Shown in pieces: positions 7,448-14,226 of a DNA stretch of 26,984 bases. The number at the start of each line of letters is the position of its first letter. Within the stretch, counting starts at the first letter, position 1. Made by a program: the position numbers and the translations under genes. This DNA is from a virus (Duplodnaviria; Caudoviricetes): the IMG/VR virus record IMGVR_UViG_3300027763_000202, positions 1-26,984 of that record. One strand, 5' to 3'. Below the pieces are notes generated by a model that did no database searches, had not been told where the DNA came from, and saw only the letters and a program-made list of their open reading frames with translations.

Positions 7448-8233
7448 CTAGGCTTTGGCTGCGGCCCGAGCGAGTGCCGCGTCGTGCTCCTTGATGCACT
7501 TCTTGCAGGTCACCTGCGACCAGTCTTTCGTGTAGTTGCCATTGAGTGCGCCCATCGCGCTCGACGCGCAGTACTTGCCGCCCCGGAACGTGGTGCTGAA
7601 CCCGTGGAGCAGGGTCTGCTTGCTGCCTTGATCGTCTTCGGCGACCGGGCGGAGTTCACGCGCCACGAACTTCGCTTTGCGCTCGGCAAGCCACTCGACG
7701 TACTGCTGAACCTGCGCGGCTTGCGCGAGGATGCGGTCGGCCTTTTTCGCGTTGAGGTCGGCGATCAACTCGTCGAGCGTCGTGGCGCGGCTCGCCTGCG
7801 CCGACATCTGGCGCGGCTCACCGTTGGCGCGAGTGATCGACTTGCTGAACCACTTGATCTCGCCGTTACCGTAGACGGAGTTGAATGTCACCTCGTCACG
7901 CGAGAGAACGACCGGCGCGGTTTGGTTGTAGCCGCGACGATCCATCGAACGCTCGCTTGCGTAGATGAAGTTGCGCTCGGCGCGGGTCGCCTTCTCGGAG
8001 TCGCGCAGGGACTGGATGAACTCGTTGTTGTTGCGGATCGCGCCCTCGATGAGGTCGGTCGATTGCTCGTACGGGAGGTGACGCGAGCCGGGGCACGTTC
8101 CCGCGAAGAAGCCCCACTGCTTCGTGTAACCGTGAAGCGAGAGGAATCCCCCACCCGGAAGTTTTTGGGTGTGACCGCAGAGTTGACATTCACCGTAGTG
8201 GGTGGCGGCGAACTTAGTGGTGGTCTTTGTCAT
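7448..8233 (-). CDS. Hypothetical protein with two Cys/His clusters, 261 aa
   Basis: CQLC..HGY..CPGSRH at the N-terminus and C..CKKC at the C-terminus; AGGAGA RBS. Confidence 0.85.
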   Translation of the reverse strand: MTKTTTKFAATHYGECQLCGHTQKLPGGGFLSLHGYTKQWGFFAGTCPGSRHLPYEQSTDLIEGAIRNNNEFIQSLRDSEKATRAERNFIYASERSMDRRGYNQTAPVVLSRDEVTFNSVYGNGEIKWFSKSITRANGEPRQMSAQASRATTLDELIADLNAKKADRILAQAAQVQQYVEWLAERKAKFVARELRPVAEDDQGSKQTLLHGFSTTFRGGKYCASSAMGALNGNYTKDWSQVTCKKCIKEHDAALARAAAKA

Positions 8234-8236
8234 GGT

Positions 8237-8318
8237 GATCTCCTAGTTGCGTTGGTATGAGTGAAGTATATAGCAACTTGCTACATACGCAAGACCTATT
8301 TAAGCCTGTATGACATAT
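8237..8318 (-). promoter_or_regulatory. Promoter cassette A2 with palindromic operator
   Basis: TTGCGT-N16-TATACT; TAGCAA-N-TTGCTA at 8271-8283; upstream box ATATGTCATACAG shared with A1. Confidence 0.75.
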
Positions 8319-8376
8319 TGGAACGCTAGGCAAAAAGATCAATCAAATCAATACAAACGCAAGCGCAGACAGGGCG

Positions 8377-8688
8377 CTATTTGCACAAGTCATAGCTTTT
8401 TAGCCACCGACTCATTTCCGCAATCGAAGCGTTGACTCTCCTCTCGTACCGCCCAAGCCGCATCCGTCTATAGCGATTGAAGATCTTCGCTGGGGTGAAC
8501 CGGACGCACTCGCGGCGCATGAACCAGACACCGCCGTCCTCCTCGCGCACCATCAGGACGATGGTGGTAGGCGACCACTCCCCGCCCGTAACGTGCGCGG
8601 CCCTCAAGGGGTCGAAAAACTTGAAGCTGGCCGGGGATGCCGTAGGAACCCAAGTCACTTTCTTGATGAAGGGATGTGGCTTTTTCAT
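8377..8688 (-). CDS. Hypothetical basic protein, 103 aa
   Basis: AGGA RBS before ATG 8688 (MKKPHPF...). Confidence 0.6.
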   Translation of the reverse strand: MKKPHPFIKKVTWVPTASPASFKFFDPLRAAHVTGGEWSPTTIVLMVREEDGGVWFMRRECVRFTPAKIFNRYRRMRLGRYERRVNASIAEMSRWLKSYDLCK

Positions 8689-8706
8689 TTCTGTTTTCCT
8701 GTTGTT

Positions 8707-8809
8707 TGGGGGAGCGGCGGGGAGTTGAACCCCTCCATGTTTTCTGTTTCCTTGCAAGGATTGCCCACCTTGCTCCAACCTACGATCCCCGCACCGTGAA
8801 GACCGCCCC
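8707..8809 (-). ncRNA. tRNA-like element (non-canonical, 103 nt, Ala-type acceptor stem)
   Basis: Intergenic; GGGGCGG/CCGCTCC 7-bp acceptor with G3-U70, followed by C-CCA; T-arm GGGG-TTCAACT-CCCC; internal hairpins ACGGT/ATCGT and GCAAGG/CCTTGC. Confidence 0.5.
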
Positions 8810-8816
8810 ATATCAA

Positions 8817-9104
8817 CTACAACGCGCCCGGTTCCTTGTTTTTCAAAAATAGTTTGGCTTCGATGGCTTTGGCAAAGTAAACAGTCCAATCGCGATCACT
8901 AATAACATTGTCTGGAACGCCGTTTTCAATCTCAAAAATTTCTTGGTATGTCAGCCCCACCCATTCTTTTTTCTGGTAAAACCCTGCCGCGTTCAGCACC
9001 TCAACAAGGTTGGGGCCGCAGATTTTTGTGGGCCATGTTGGGACGGGGAAACGCATTTCTCCCGTCCCGTCATACACAGTCTGCGTTGCGTTTGGATCGC
9101 TCAT
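8817..9104 (-). CDS. Hypothetical phage protein
   Basis: EWVGLT..EI...FAKAIEAKL..KN pattern; ATGA-coupled. Confidence 0.75.
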   Translation of the reverse strand: MSDPNATQTVYDGTGEMRFPVPTWPTKICGPNLVEVLNAAGFYQKKEWVGLTYQEIFEIENGVPDNVISDRDWTVYFAKAIEAKLFLKNKEPGAL

Positions 9105-9280
9105 GGTTTTACCTTTTCTAATAGGTAGCGAAGTACGTCCCCTGCGGGGCCAAGATCGTAAGTCTTCATAAGCATTAGTTCGTGTTGGGCATCAGCTTCA
9201 AGATGCTCCGCTTTTCGACGTTCGCTGGCGCGTTCGTTCCCAAGACGGCTGGCTTCCTGCCGTTCAGATTTCGTACTCAT
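9101..9280 (-). CDS. Hypothetical protein, 59 aa (MSTKSERQEASRL...)
   Basis: Hand-called; AGGAGG upstream; ATGA overlaps at both ends. Confidence 0.6.
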   Translation of the reverse strand: MSTKSERQEASRLGNERASERRKAEHLEADAQHELMLMKTYDLGPAGDVLRYLLEKVKP

Positions 9281-9432
9281 TTCTTCACCCTCCTAACTTT
9301 GAGTACTCTAGGCACCCACCGAAACTTGTCTGGCAACGGCTCTTTCAATTTGGCTACGCGATTGACAGGGTGACCTACCCACCGAGTCCCCAACCATTCG
9401 ATGGCTGCTTCTAGCTTTTCTGCGGTCGTCAT
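9277..9432 (-). CDS. Hypothetical protein, 51 aa (MTTAEKLEAAIEWLGTRWVGHP...)
   Basis: Hand-called; GGAGG RBS; ATGA overlaps at both ends. Confidence 0.65.
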   Translation of the reverse strand: MTTAEKLEAAIEWLGTRWVGHPVNRVAKLKEPLPDKFRWVPRVLKVRRVKK

Positions 9433-9692
9433 TGGGCTTCCTCCACCGTGATTCGATACTTACGGCCATTTTTGTCTTCAACCAAAATAGTTTTCTTGGT
9501 GCTGACAAACGCGCCCGATTGGGTCAGGTCGTACTTGGGGCGGCTCACGCTGGCAATCAACTTCTCAGTGTCGTTGGCCTTCAAATTGCCTACGACGGCG
9601 TGCGCGATGTAGTCGCAGTAGGCAATATAGGACTTAGGCATAACGTCAAAGAACTTGCTGACGACAGTGTTCATGGTGTCAAAATGTGTCAT
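9429..9692 (-). CDS. Hypothetical protein, 87 aa
   Basis: AAGGA RBS before ATG 9692; C-terminal VEDKNGRKYRITVE. Confidence 0.7.
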   Translation of the reverse strand: MTHFDTMNTVVSKFFDVMPKSYIAYCDYIAHAVVGNLKANDTEKLIASVSRPKYDLTQSGAFVSTKKTILVEDKNGRKYRITVEEAQ

Positions 9693-9702
9693 GGTGTTTT
9701 CC

Positions 9703-9954
9703 TTAGTCGTTGAGTTGTGCTGCGATTTCGGACTCAATGCGGTTCGATTCCGATTCGGTTAGCTTGCGCTCCAGCCACGGGGCGGGGCGTCCACGGCGGT
9801 CGCATACCACCCACTCGCTCTCGCTGTAGCCGTGGTAGTCGAGGTCGCTGGCGGCGTTGCGGCTGGACGAGCCACGCACGCGGGTGAAGCTGGTCACGCC
9901 AACGACGCACGGGATCCCGGCAACGCGGGTTTCGATTTCTGCGATGAAATTCAC
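9703..9954 (-). CDS. Conserved-type hypothetical phage protein, 83 aa
   Basis: GTGA-coupled; GIPC...DYHGY...DRRGRPAPWLERKLT. Confidence 0.75.
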   Translation of the reverse strand: MNFIAEIETRVAGIPCVVGVTSFTRVRGSSSRNAASDLDYHGYSESEWVVCDRRGRPAPWLERKLTESESNRIESEIAAQLND

Positions 9955-10142
9955 ATCGCCCCCTTGGCAAGGATTTCTTGCAGGCCAGCCAGCAGTTGTT
10001 CTGCCTCGGCGCGGGTCAAGCTGATGTAGGTGCTGCCGTGACGGTGCATCATGCTGACCCACGCGCCGCCGTCGTCCCATTCCGAAATGCTGAGGGCGCC
10101 GTCCCCGGCTGTTTTAATAACGGTCTCAATCTCGTTTTTCAT
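9951..10142 (-). CDS. Hypothetical protein, 63 aa
   Basis: First gene after promoter B1; AAGGA RBS. Confidence 0.7.
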   Translation of the reverse strand: MKNEIETVIKTAGDGALSISEWDDGGAWVSMMHRHGSTYISLTRAEAEQLLAGLQEILAKGAM

Positions 10143-10229
10143 TTCGCTTTCCTTCGCTGTTCTGCTGCTTGATTGCAGCCAGTGGTGTAACTTTATCTTA
10201 AACTGTTAGGGGATGTCAACCCCCCCCCC
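10143..10229 (-). promoter_or_regulatory. Promoter cassette B1
   Basis: TTGACA(10219-10214)-N18-TAAAGT; 5' hairpin GCTGC-AATCAA-GCAGC; two AGCGAA boxes around the RBS. Confidence 0.75.
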
Positions 10230-10639
10230 TACAAATATTTATTGCCCTCTGTTTTTGCCCAGTACCCGTAGACCATCTTGTGGGTGCAGTCCCAGATGTC
10301 GTTTGCCACACCGTCAATCACCGCAACGAAGTGACGGGCCTGCTTGGCTATGACCACACCCGCTGGCATATCACTGCAACGCGCCTTGCGGCCCTCAAAC
10401 TGCGGGGCCTTCATCCAGAACCAGCCGTGACGCTTCAGAACCTCGGTGTAGACATCCTTCATCACCCCGTTGCGGGCAGACTTTGCGCGACCGTTGTCGG
10501 CGTTAGCTTGGGCCAGTTCCTTGTATACGGCGCTGTAGTCGAGGCGCAATGCGATTGTCATTGCGCGAGCGCCACAGTCGCCTGCTGTGCCCTTGAAGCC
10601 TGCGGCCTTGCGGCCTCCGTCGTTGTATTGATATTTCAT
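10229..10639 (-). CDS. Putative papain-like (C39-like) cysteine peptidase
   Basis: GDCGARAM (Cys at a helix start) and HFVAVIDG..NDIWD (His, Asp); fold assignment is inference. Confidence 0.55.
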   Translation of the reverse strand: MKYQYNDGGRKAAGFKGTAGDCGARAMTIALRLDYSAVYKELAQANADNGRAKSARNGVMKDVYTEVLKRHGWFWMKAPQFEGRKARCSDMPAGVVIAKQARHFVAVIDGVANDIWDCTHKMVYGYWAKTEGNKYL

Positions 10640-10695
10640 TTCGCTTTCCTTTCGCTTTTGGTTGGGTTTTTCCTAAGCCCCGCGTGGCAGGGGAA

Positions 10696-10935
10696 TCAGG
10701 CTGTTGCCTTGGCGATAGCCGCACGGGCTTGCTTACGCACCGCACTGATGTCATCTGCTGCACCGTCATCCTGTAGCAGAGCGACGAGCGCGGCAAGCAG
10801 ATCAGGCGCGGCAGATATCAGATTGGCATCGGCGCTGTTATCAGTCACTGCGACTTTGCAGTGAGGATTATTTGAGTGATACACGATGTATTTACTCATC
10901 GCTACTGCAACACGCCATGGCTTTTTCGGACTCAT
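10696..10935 (-). CDS. Hypothetical phage protein
   Basis: ADANLISAAPDLLAAL...ARAAIAKA pattern; GAGGAG RBS. Confidence 0.8.
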   Translation of the reverse strand: MSPKKPWRVAVAMSKYIVYHSNNPHCKVAVTDNSADANLISAAPDLLAALVALLQDDGAADDISAVRKQARAAIAKATA

Positions 10936-10951
10936 GCCTGTCTCCTCGGTT

Positions 10952-10995
10952 AGTGGTGTAACTTTATCTTAAACGATTAGGGGGTGTCAACCCCC
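10952..10995 (-). promoter_or_regulatory. Promoter cassette B2
   Basis: GGGGG-TTGACA-CCCCC...TAAAGT (N18); 23 nt identical to B1. Confidence 0.75.
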
Positions 10996-11010
10996 TTTTG
11001 AAAATATTTA

Positions 11011-11793
11011 TTACACCAATTTCGGGCGCTGGATGACTGTCTGGTTTACGCCGTTGTAGACGGCATGGTCTTTGATCATCGCCTCGACCGTGACGGTCTC
11101 GCCCTTGTTGCCGATATTTGTGCGGCCCTTGTAGGTAACGACGTCGCCGTCGCCGGTACGGGCAAGCGTGAGGAAGTTGGTGCCGAAGAACGGGGAATCC
11201 AGAACAACGATACGCTCAATCGTAATGGCCAGCCTTTGCCTGACCCCCAGAACCCCTACGAACGCGCTGGACGCGTTTTGGGCGCGTCTGGCTACCTCCG
11301 CCTCAACCAGAGCCGTTTGACGCTCTGTGGGCGCTCTGAGGCCGCTCAGGAGGTCAGCGGCCAGCCTATCCCAGAACGCCTGCCCGTCGCCAACGCATAA
11401 AGTGGCGATTTTCGACAGAAAGTCGGCATTTGCGGTGCGGTAGTCGGCCTCAGCCGTAACGCGCTCGTAGGCTTTGGCGGCGGCGGCGGCTTGCTGCGCT
11501 GCAAAACGCTTGTCGGCACGTTTCTGGGCGGCGGCATTGATCTTTGCCAATTCGGCCTCGGTGTACAGGCGCTCATCCGCATACTTCCGGACGCCAGAGT
11601 TGCCGCAAGTCCAGCACTCAAATCCGGTACGCGAAAAAGGACGGCCATTCTCAATGCCCATCAGCCAGACCCGATTGCCGTTGACTACATGGCAACGGTC
11701 GCAATTGACCGCGACCGTCTGGAAGGGGCGACCATTTTCGCTGATGGACGCCGTGCCGGTGAACTCGGAACCCTGTTTCGTGAATAATTTCAT
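11011..11793 (-). CDS. Zn-ribbon + helical linker + putative OB-fold protein, 260 aa
   Basis: CDRC...CWTC; C-terminal beta-rich FVG..G.R...IKDH..YNGV.QT...RPK. Confidence 0.75.
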   Translation of the reverse strand: MKLFTKQGSEFTGTASISENGRPFQTVAVNCDRCHVVNGNRVWLMGIENGRPFSRTGFECWTCGNSGVRKYADERLYTEAELAKINAAAQKRADKRFAAQQAAAAAKAYERVTAEADYRTANADFLSKIATLCVGDGQAFWDRLAADLLSGLRAPTERQTALVEAEVARRAQNASSAFVGVLGVRQRLAITIERIVVLDSPFFGTNFLTLARTGDGDVVTYKGRTNIGNKGETVTVEAMIKDHAVYNGVNQTVIQRPKLV

Positions 11794-11870
11794 TTCGCTG
11801 TCCTCTTCGCTGTCCGGTCACTCGACCGTGATGCAATTCTAAATTAAACAAGCGGGGGCTGTCAACCCCC
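11794..11870 (-). promoter_or_regulatory. Promoter cassette B3
   Basis: GGGGG-TTGACA-GCCCCC, N18, TAGAAT; 5' hairpin CGGTC-GAGT-GACCG; two AGCGAA boxes. Confidence 0.75.
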
Positions 11871-11879
11871 TTCCTCAAA

Positions 11880-12104
11880 TTATTTTTGTGGGGCGGATAT
11901 AGCTGCCTGCGCGGTTTTGGCGGCTTCAAGACGCTCACGCGGACTCCACAGACTACGCAGGCTCTTGCGCAGCGCTGCGCGGTCGTCCGCACGCTGGCTT
12001 TGCAGCCGGGTGATTTCCTCCGTAATCTTCTCAATCTTTGCCGCAGCGTCGAGGATGGGAAATCCCACTTCTGAGAGGTACTGAACCTGATGTTCGATTG
12101 CCAT
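11880..12104 (-). CDS. Hypothetical coiled-coil protein, 74 aa
   Basis: AAGGA RBS before ATG 12104. Confidence 0.65.
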   Translation of the reverse strand: MAIEHQVQYLSEVGFPILDAAAKIEKITEEITRLQSQRADDRAALRKSLRSLWSPRERLEAAKTAQAAISAPQK

Positions 12105-12175
12105 GGTCGTGTTCCTTTCAAAGTTGTGCGAAGGCGCACACTCCGGACGCCCGAAGGCGTCGCGGGTTTGCGTCA

Positions 12176-12352
12176 TCAGTCTCCGTTCAGCCAGTCTCTT
12201 GCGATTTGGCGTGCTTCCTGAATGGTGTCCGCGCAGCCAAGATAGCTGTCGCAGTCCTTGTCGGCGAAAACTTCATAGACCTCGGCGTCCGAGTCGAAGC
12301 GGATGACGGTGAGGTTGCGAGAGTCGTTTGGGGCAACGCGCAGGAGGCTCAT
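12176..12352 (-). CDS. Hypothetical protein, 58 aa (MSLLRVAPND...YLGCADTIQEARQIARDWLNGD)
   Basis: Hand-called; ATGA-coupled to the upstream gene. Confidence 0.65.
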   Translation of the reverse strand: MSLLRVAPNDSRNLTVIRFDSDAEVYEVFADKDCDSYLGCADTIQEARQIARDWLNGD

Positions 12353-12564
12353 GACGGCACCACGACGACGCGGATGCCGTTCGCGGAGTCCTGACCGACG
12401 TAGTCAACGTAGTGTACGACTTGCTCCTCGCCCGCCGTGGGGTGGTGAGCGCGGGTCTGAACGGCGCTGACCAGCCGCGAGATCAACTCCAGCGCGTCCT
12501 TCACGCTCAGGGTTAACTCGACCGTCTTTTCGCCCATCGATACTTTCTGTTCGCGGATGTTCAT
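12349..12564 (-). CDS. Hypothetical protein, 71 aa
   Basis: AAGGA RBS; co-oriented within the operon. Confidence 0.7.
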   Translation of the reverse strand: MNIREQKVSMGEKTVELTLSVKDALELISRLVSAVQTRAHHPTAGEEQVVHYVDYVGQDSANGIRVVVVPS

Positions 12565-12578
12565 AGTCGTGCGTCCTT

Positions 12579-12884
12579 TTAGCGTGAGGTGACTTTGACT
12601 GTAAAAACGGCGGATGTTTTTGTGTACTCTGCATAAACCGCAGCACCAAATTTTGCAATGAATTTCTTGCTGTCAAACGAAGCGCGGTTGGTCTCAGAGT
12701 ATGTGGCGCGAAAGATTGCGCCCTCGACAAAACTCACTCCCTTGGCGTCCTTCTCAAGCAAGCCATCGATGCCAGCCTCTTTGATGCCGTCCTTGATTGC
12801 CTCTGCCTGTTTGGTCAGGTCGGCAATTTGCGCGAGCAGTGCGCCAAGGGTATCGATGGTGCTGGTCTGGAGGTCGTTGTTCAT
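12579..12884 (-). CDS. Hypothetical phage protein, coiled-coil N-terminus
   Basis: First gene after promoter B4; IDTLGALLAQIADLTKQAEAIK. Confidence 0.8.
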   Translation of the reverse strand: MNNDLQTSTIDTLGALLAQIADLTKQAEAIKDGIKEAGIDGLLEKDAKGVSFVEGAIFRATYSETNRASFDSKKFIAKFGAAVYAEYTKTSAVFTVKVTSR

Positions 12885-12960
12885 TTTGTTTCCTTCGCTG
12901 TCCTCGCTGCTTGATTGCAGCCAGTGATGTAACTTTATATTACACCAACGCCTCCGTCAA
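12885..12960 (-). promoter_or_regulatory. Promoter cassette B4
   Basis: TTGACG-N17-TAAAGT; 33-nt segment (12906-12938) matches B1 (10164-10196) with one mismatch. Confidence 0.75.
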
Positions 12961-12978
12961 CTGTTTTTTTAATTATTT

Positions 12979-13281
12979 TCAACTATTTTTTTCTTCTATT
13001 AAATTCAACAACTTACTGACGTCCTCCAGCAGGTCGTCCTCGTCGTAGCCCCAGTGTTTGACGAAACCCCTCGTACCAAGGCCGTGCAGGCCCGTAGCGC
13101 CCCGGTGATGCTCTGGGCATAGAGGGATGACCTCCATGTGGCTTGCGCGGTTAGAAAGCCCCCTCCCGGCCCTCCTGTGATGGATTTCAGCGGGAGTGTC
13201 TGGATGGCCTAGCCTTCGGCAGACCGCGCAACCCAGTTCAGCCACCCGCCCCATGTGCCTGCGCTCGGCAATCGTGGTCAT
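12979..13281 (-). CDS. Ref-like recombination-enhancement HNH nuclease
   Basis: ERRHMGRVAELGCAVC...EIHH...VIPLCPEHHRG..GLH...F...G.EDDLL. Confidence 0.85.
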   Translation of the reverse strand: MTTIAERRHMGRVAELGCAVCRRLGHPDTPAEIHHRRAGRGLSNRASHMEVIPLCPEHHRGATGLHGLGTRGFVKHWGYDEDDLLEDVSKLLNLIEEKNS

Positions 13282-13610
13282 ATCGTGGCCTTCCCCTCCG
13301 CCCGGTTGTTGGCCTGCTCTGTCCTCCAAATTTCCACACGAAGTTCTGCGGCGGTGATGTCCCACTTCAGCTTCTCTTCTATCTCGACCGCTGCTTGCAG
13401 CCCCTTGAGCAACTCGACCATCTCAGGGTGAGCGTATGCCTCGCGTTCCTGCGCACCGATAGCGGTCTCCATCGACCGCTTCATCAAGATGCCCTTCAGG
13501 CTCTTGCGAAAGTGTTCGATGTACGTTCGACCTGCTTTTGCCTTTGCAAACAGCGCGGCGTTCTTCAGGATGTAGTCAACCGCCTTGTGTGGATCTCTGT
13601 CGTCGCTCAT
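13278..13610 (-). CDS. Conserved-type helical phage protein (possibly UvsY-like)
   Basis: All-helical; QEREAYAHP...VEIWRTEQAN; lies between RusA and Ref. UvsY similarity is inference. Confidence 0.6.
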   Translation of the reverse strand: MSDDRDPHKAVDYILKNAALFAKAKAGRTYIEHFRKSLKGILMKRSMETAIGAQEREAYAHPEMVELLKGLQAAVEIEEKLKWDITAAELRVEIWRTEQANNRAEGKATI

Positions 13611-13987
13611 GTCATCGCCTCGATTTTTACTTTCACCATGCCACCAATTTCATCTGCCCAATAAATTCTCAAGTCCTGAATCAATGCGTCGTCATCCATC
13701 ACCCCGGCGTGCGTCATTGAGTCCAGCAACGCCTTCAGCAAATTATCCAGATCGCGACGACGACGGTCTGGGCGGAACGCTTTGATCTCTACCCTCACCG
13801 CATGATCAAGATGCTTGGCGGCTCGCTGCAACATCACCTGATCAGCCACAACTTTCCGATACTCGCGCCCCTGCTTGCTGATGAGGACGCGCCCTTGGAA
13901 TTGCCTCCAGTAGGTATTGACAGTCGGAGGCCACGGCAAAGTTATTTCCACCACAGCTAAATTCAATGCTGAGTCTTCACTTTTCAT
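13607..13987 (-). CDS. rusA: RusA Holliday junction resolvase
   Basis: LPWPPTVNTYWR and PDRRRRDLDNLLKALLD...DDD. Confidence 0.93.
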   Translation of the reverse strand: MKSEDSALNLAVVEITLPWPPTVNTYWRQFQGRVLISKQGREYRKVVADQVMLQRAAKHLDHAVRVEIKAFRPDRRRRDLDNLLKALLDSMTHAGVMDDDALIQDLRIYWADEIGGMVKVKIEAMT

Positions 13988-14226
13988 TTCCAATCTCCGT
14001 AGTTACCCCTGTTGCCCCTGTCCCACTGCGCCCTGACGTCAGCCTCAAGTCTGGACTGGGGATGGAGTTCGTTCCACCCCTTTTGATATCTCCCAACGTC
14101 GTCAACGTAACCCTGAAGCCAGCGGTGGGCTTTGTCTCGACTCTCAAGGCGCATTTTAATAATTGACCTGACGAGACAGCGGTGGCGATGCTCATCTTCT
14201 CCCTCACCCTCTTGCGCCACATTCAA
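13984..14226 (-). CDS. Hypothetical phage protein, 80 aa
   Basis: EHRHRCLVR...QWDRGNRG; ATGA-coupled on both sides. Confidence 0.75.
   Translation of the reverse strand: MNVAQEGEGEDEHRHRCLVRSIIKMRLESRDKAHRWLQGYVDDVGRYQKGWNELHPQSRLEADVRAQWDRGNRGNYGDWK

Noticed and set aside
8707-8809. Canonical tRNA-Ala or tmRNA gene
   Set aside because: Lacks D-arm consensus and a 7-nt anticodon loop, has a C discriminator, and is far too short for tmRNA; kept only as tRNA-like.
10220-10229. 10-bp homopolymer as a phase-variation switch
   Set aside because: It lies upstream of the -35 box, not in the spacer, and overlaps the upstream gene only at the last base of its stop codon; most likely slippage or sequencing expansion of the G5 seen in sister cassettes.
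12120-12179. Hammerhead ribozyme suggested by CTGATGA on the minus strand
   Set aside because: No GAAA core follows the short stem, and stems I and III cannot be formed.
7325-12960. Dispersed repeats as a CRISPR or mini-array
   Set aside because: Copies are 0.8-1.1 kb apart with genes between them, carry -35/-10 boxes and RBSs, and no cas genes are present.
4323-13281. Stop-codon reassignment as the cause of many short ORFs
   Set aside because: Long conserved genes translate intact in code 11, and the small ORFs have RBSs and stop/start overlaps with all three stop codons in use.
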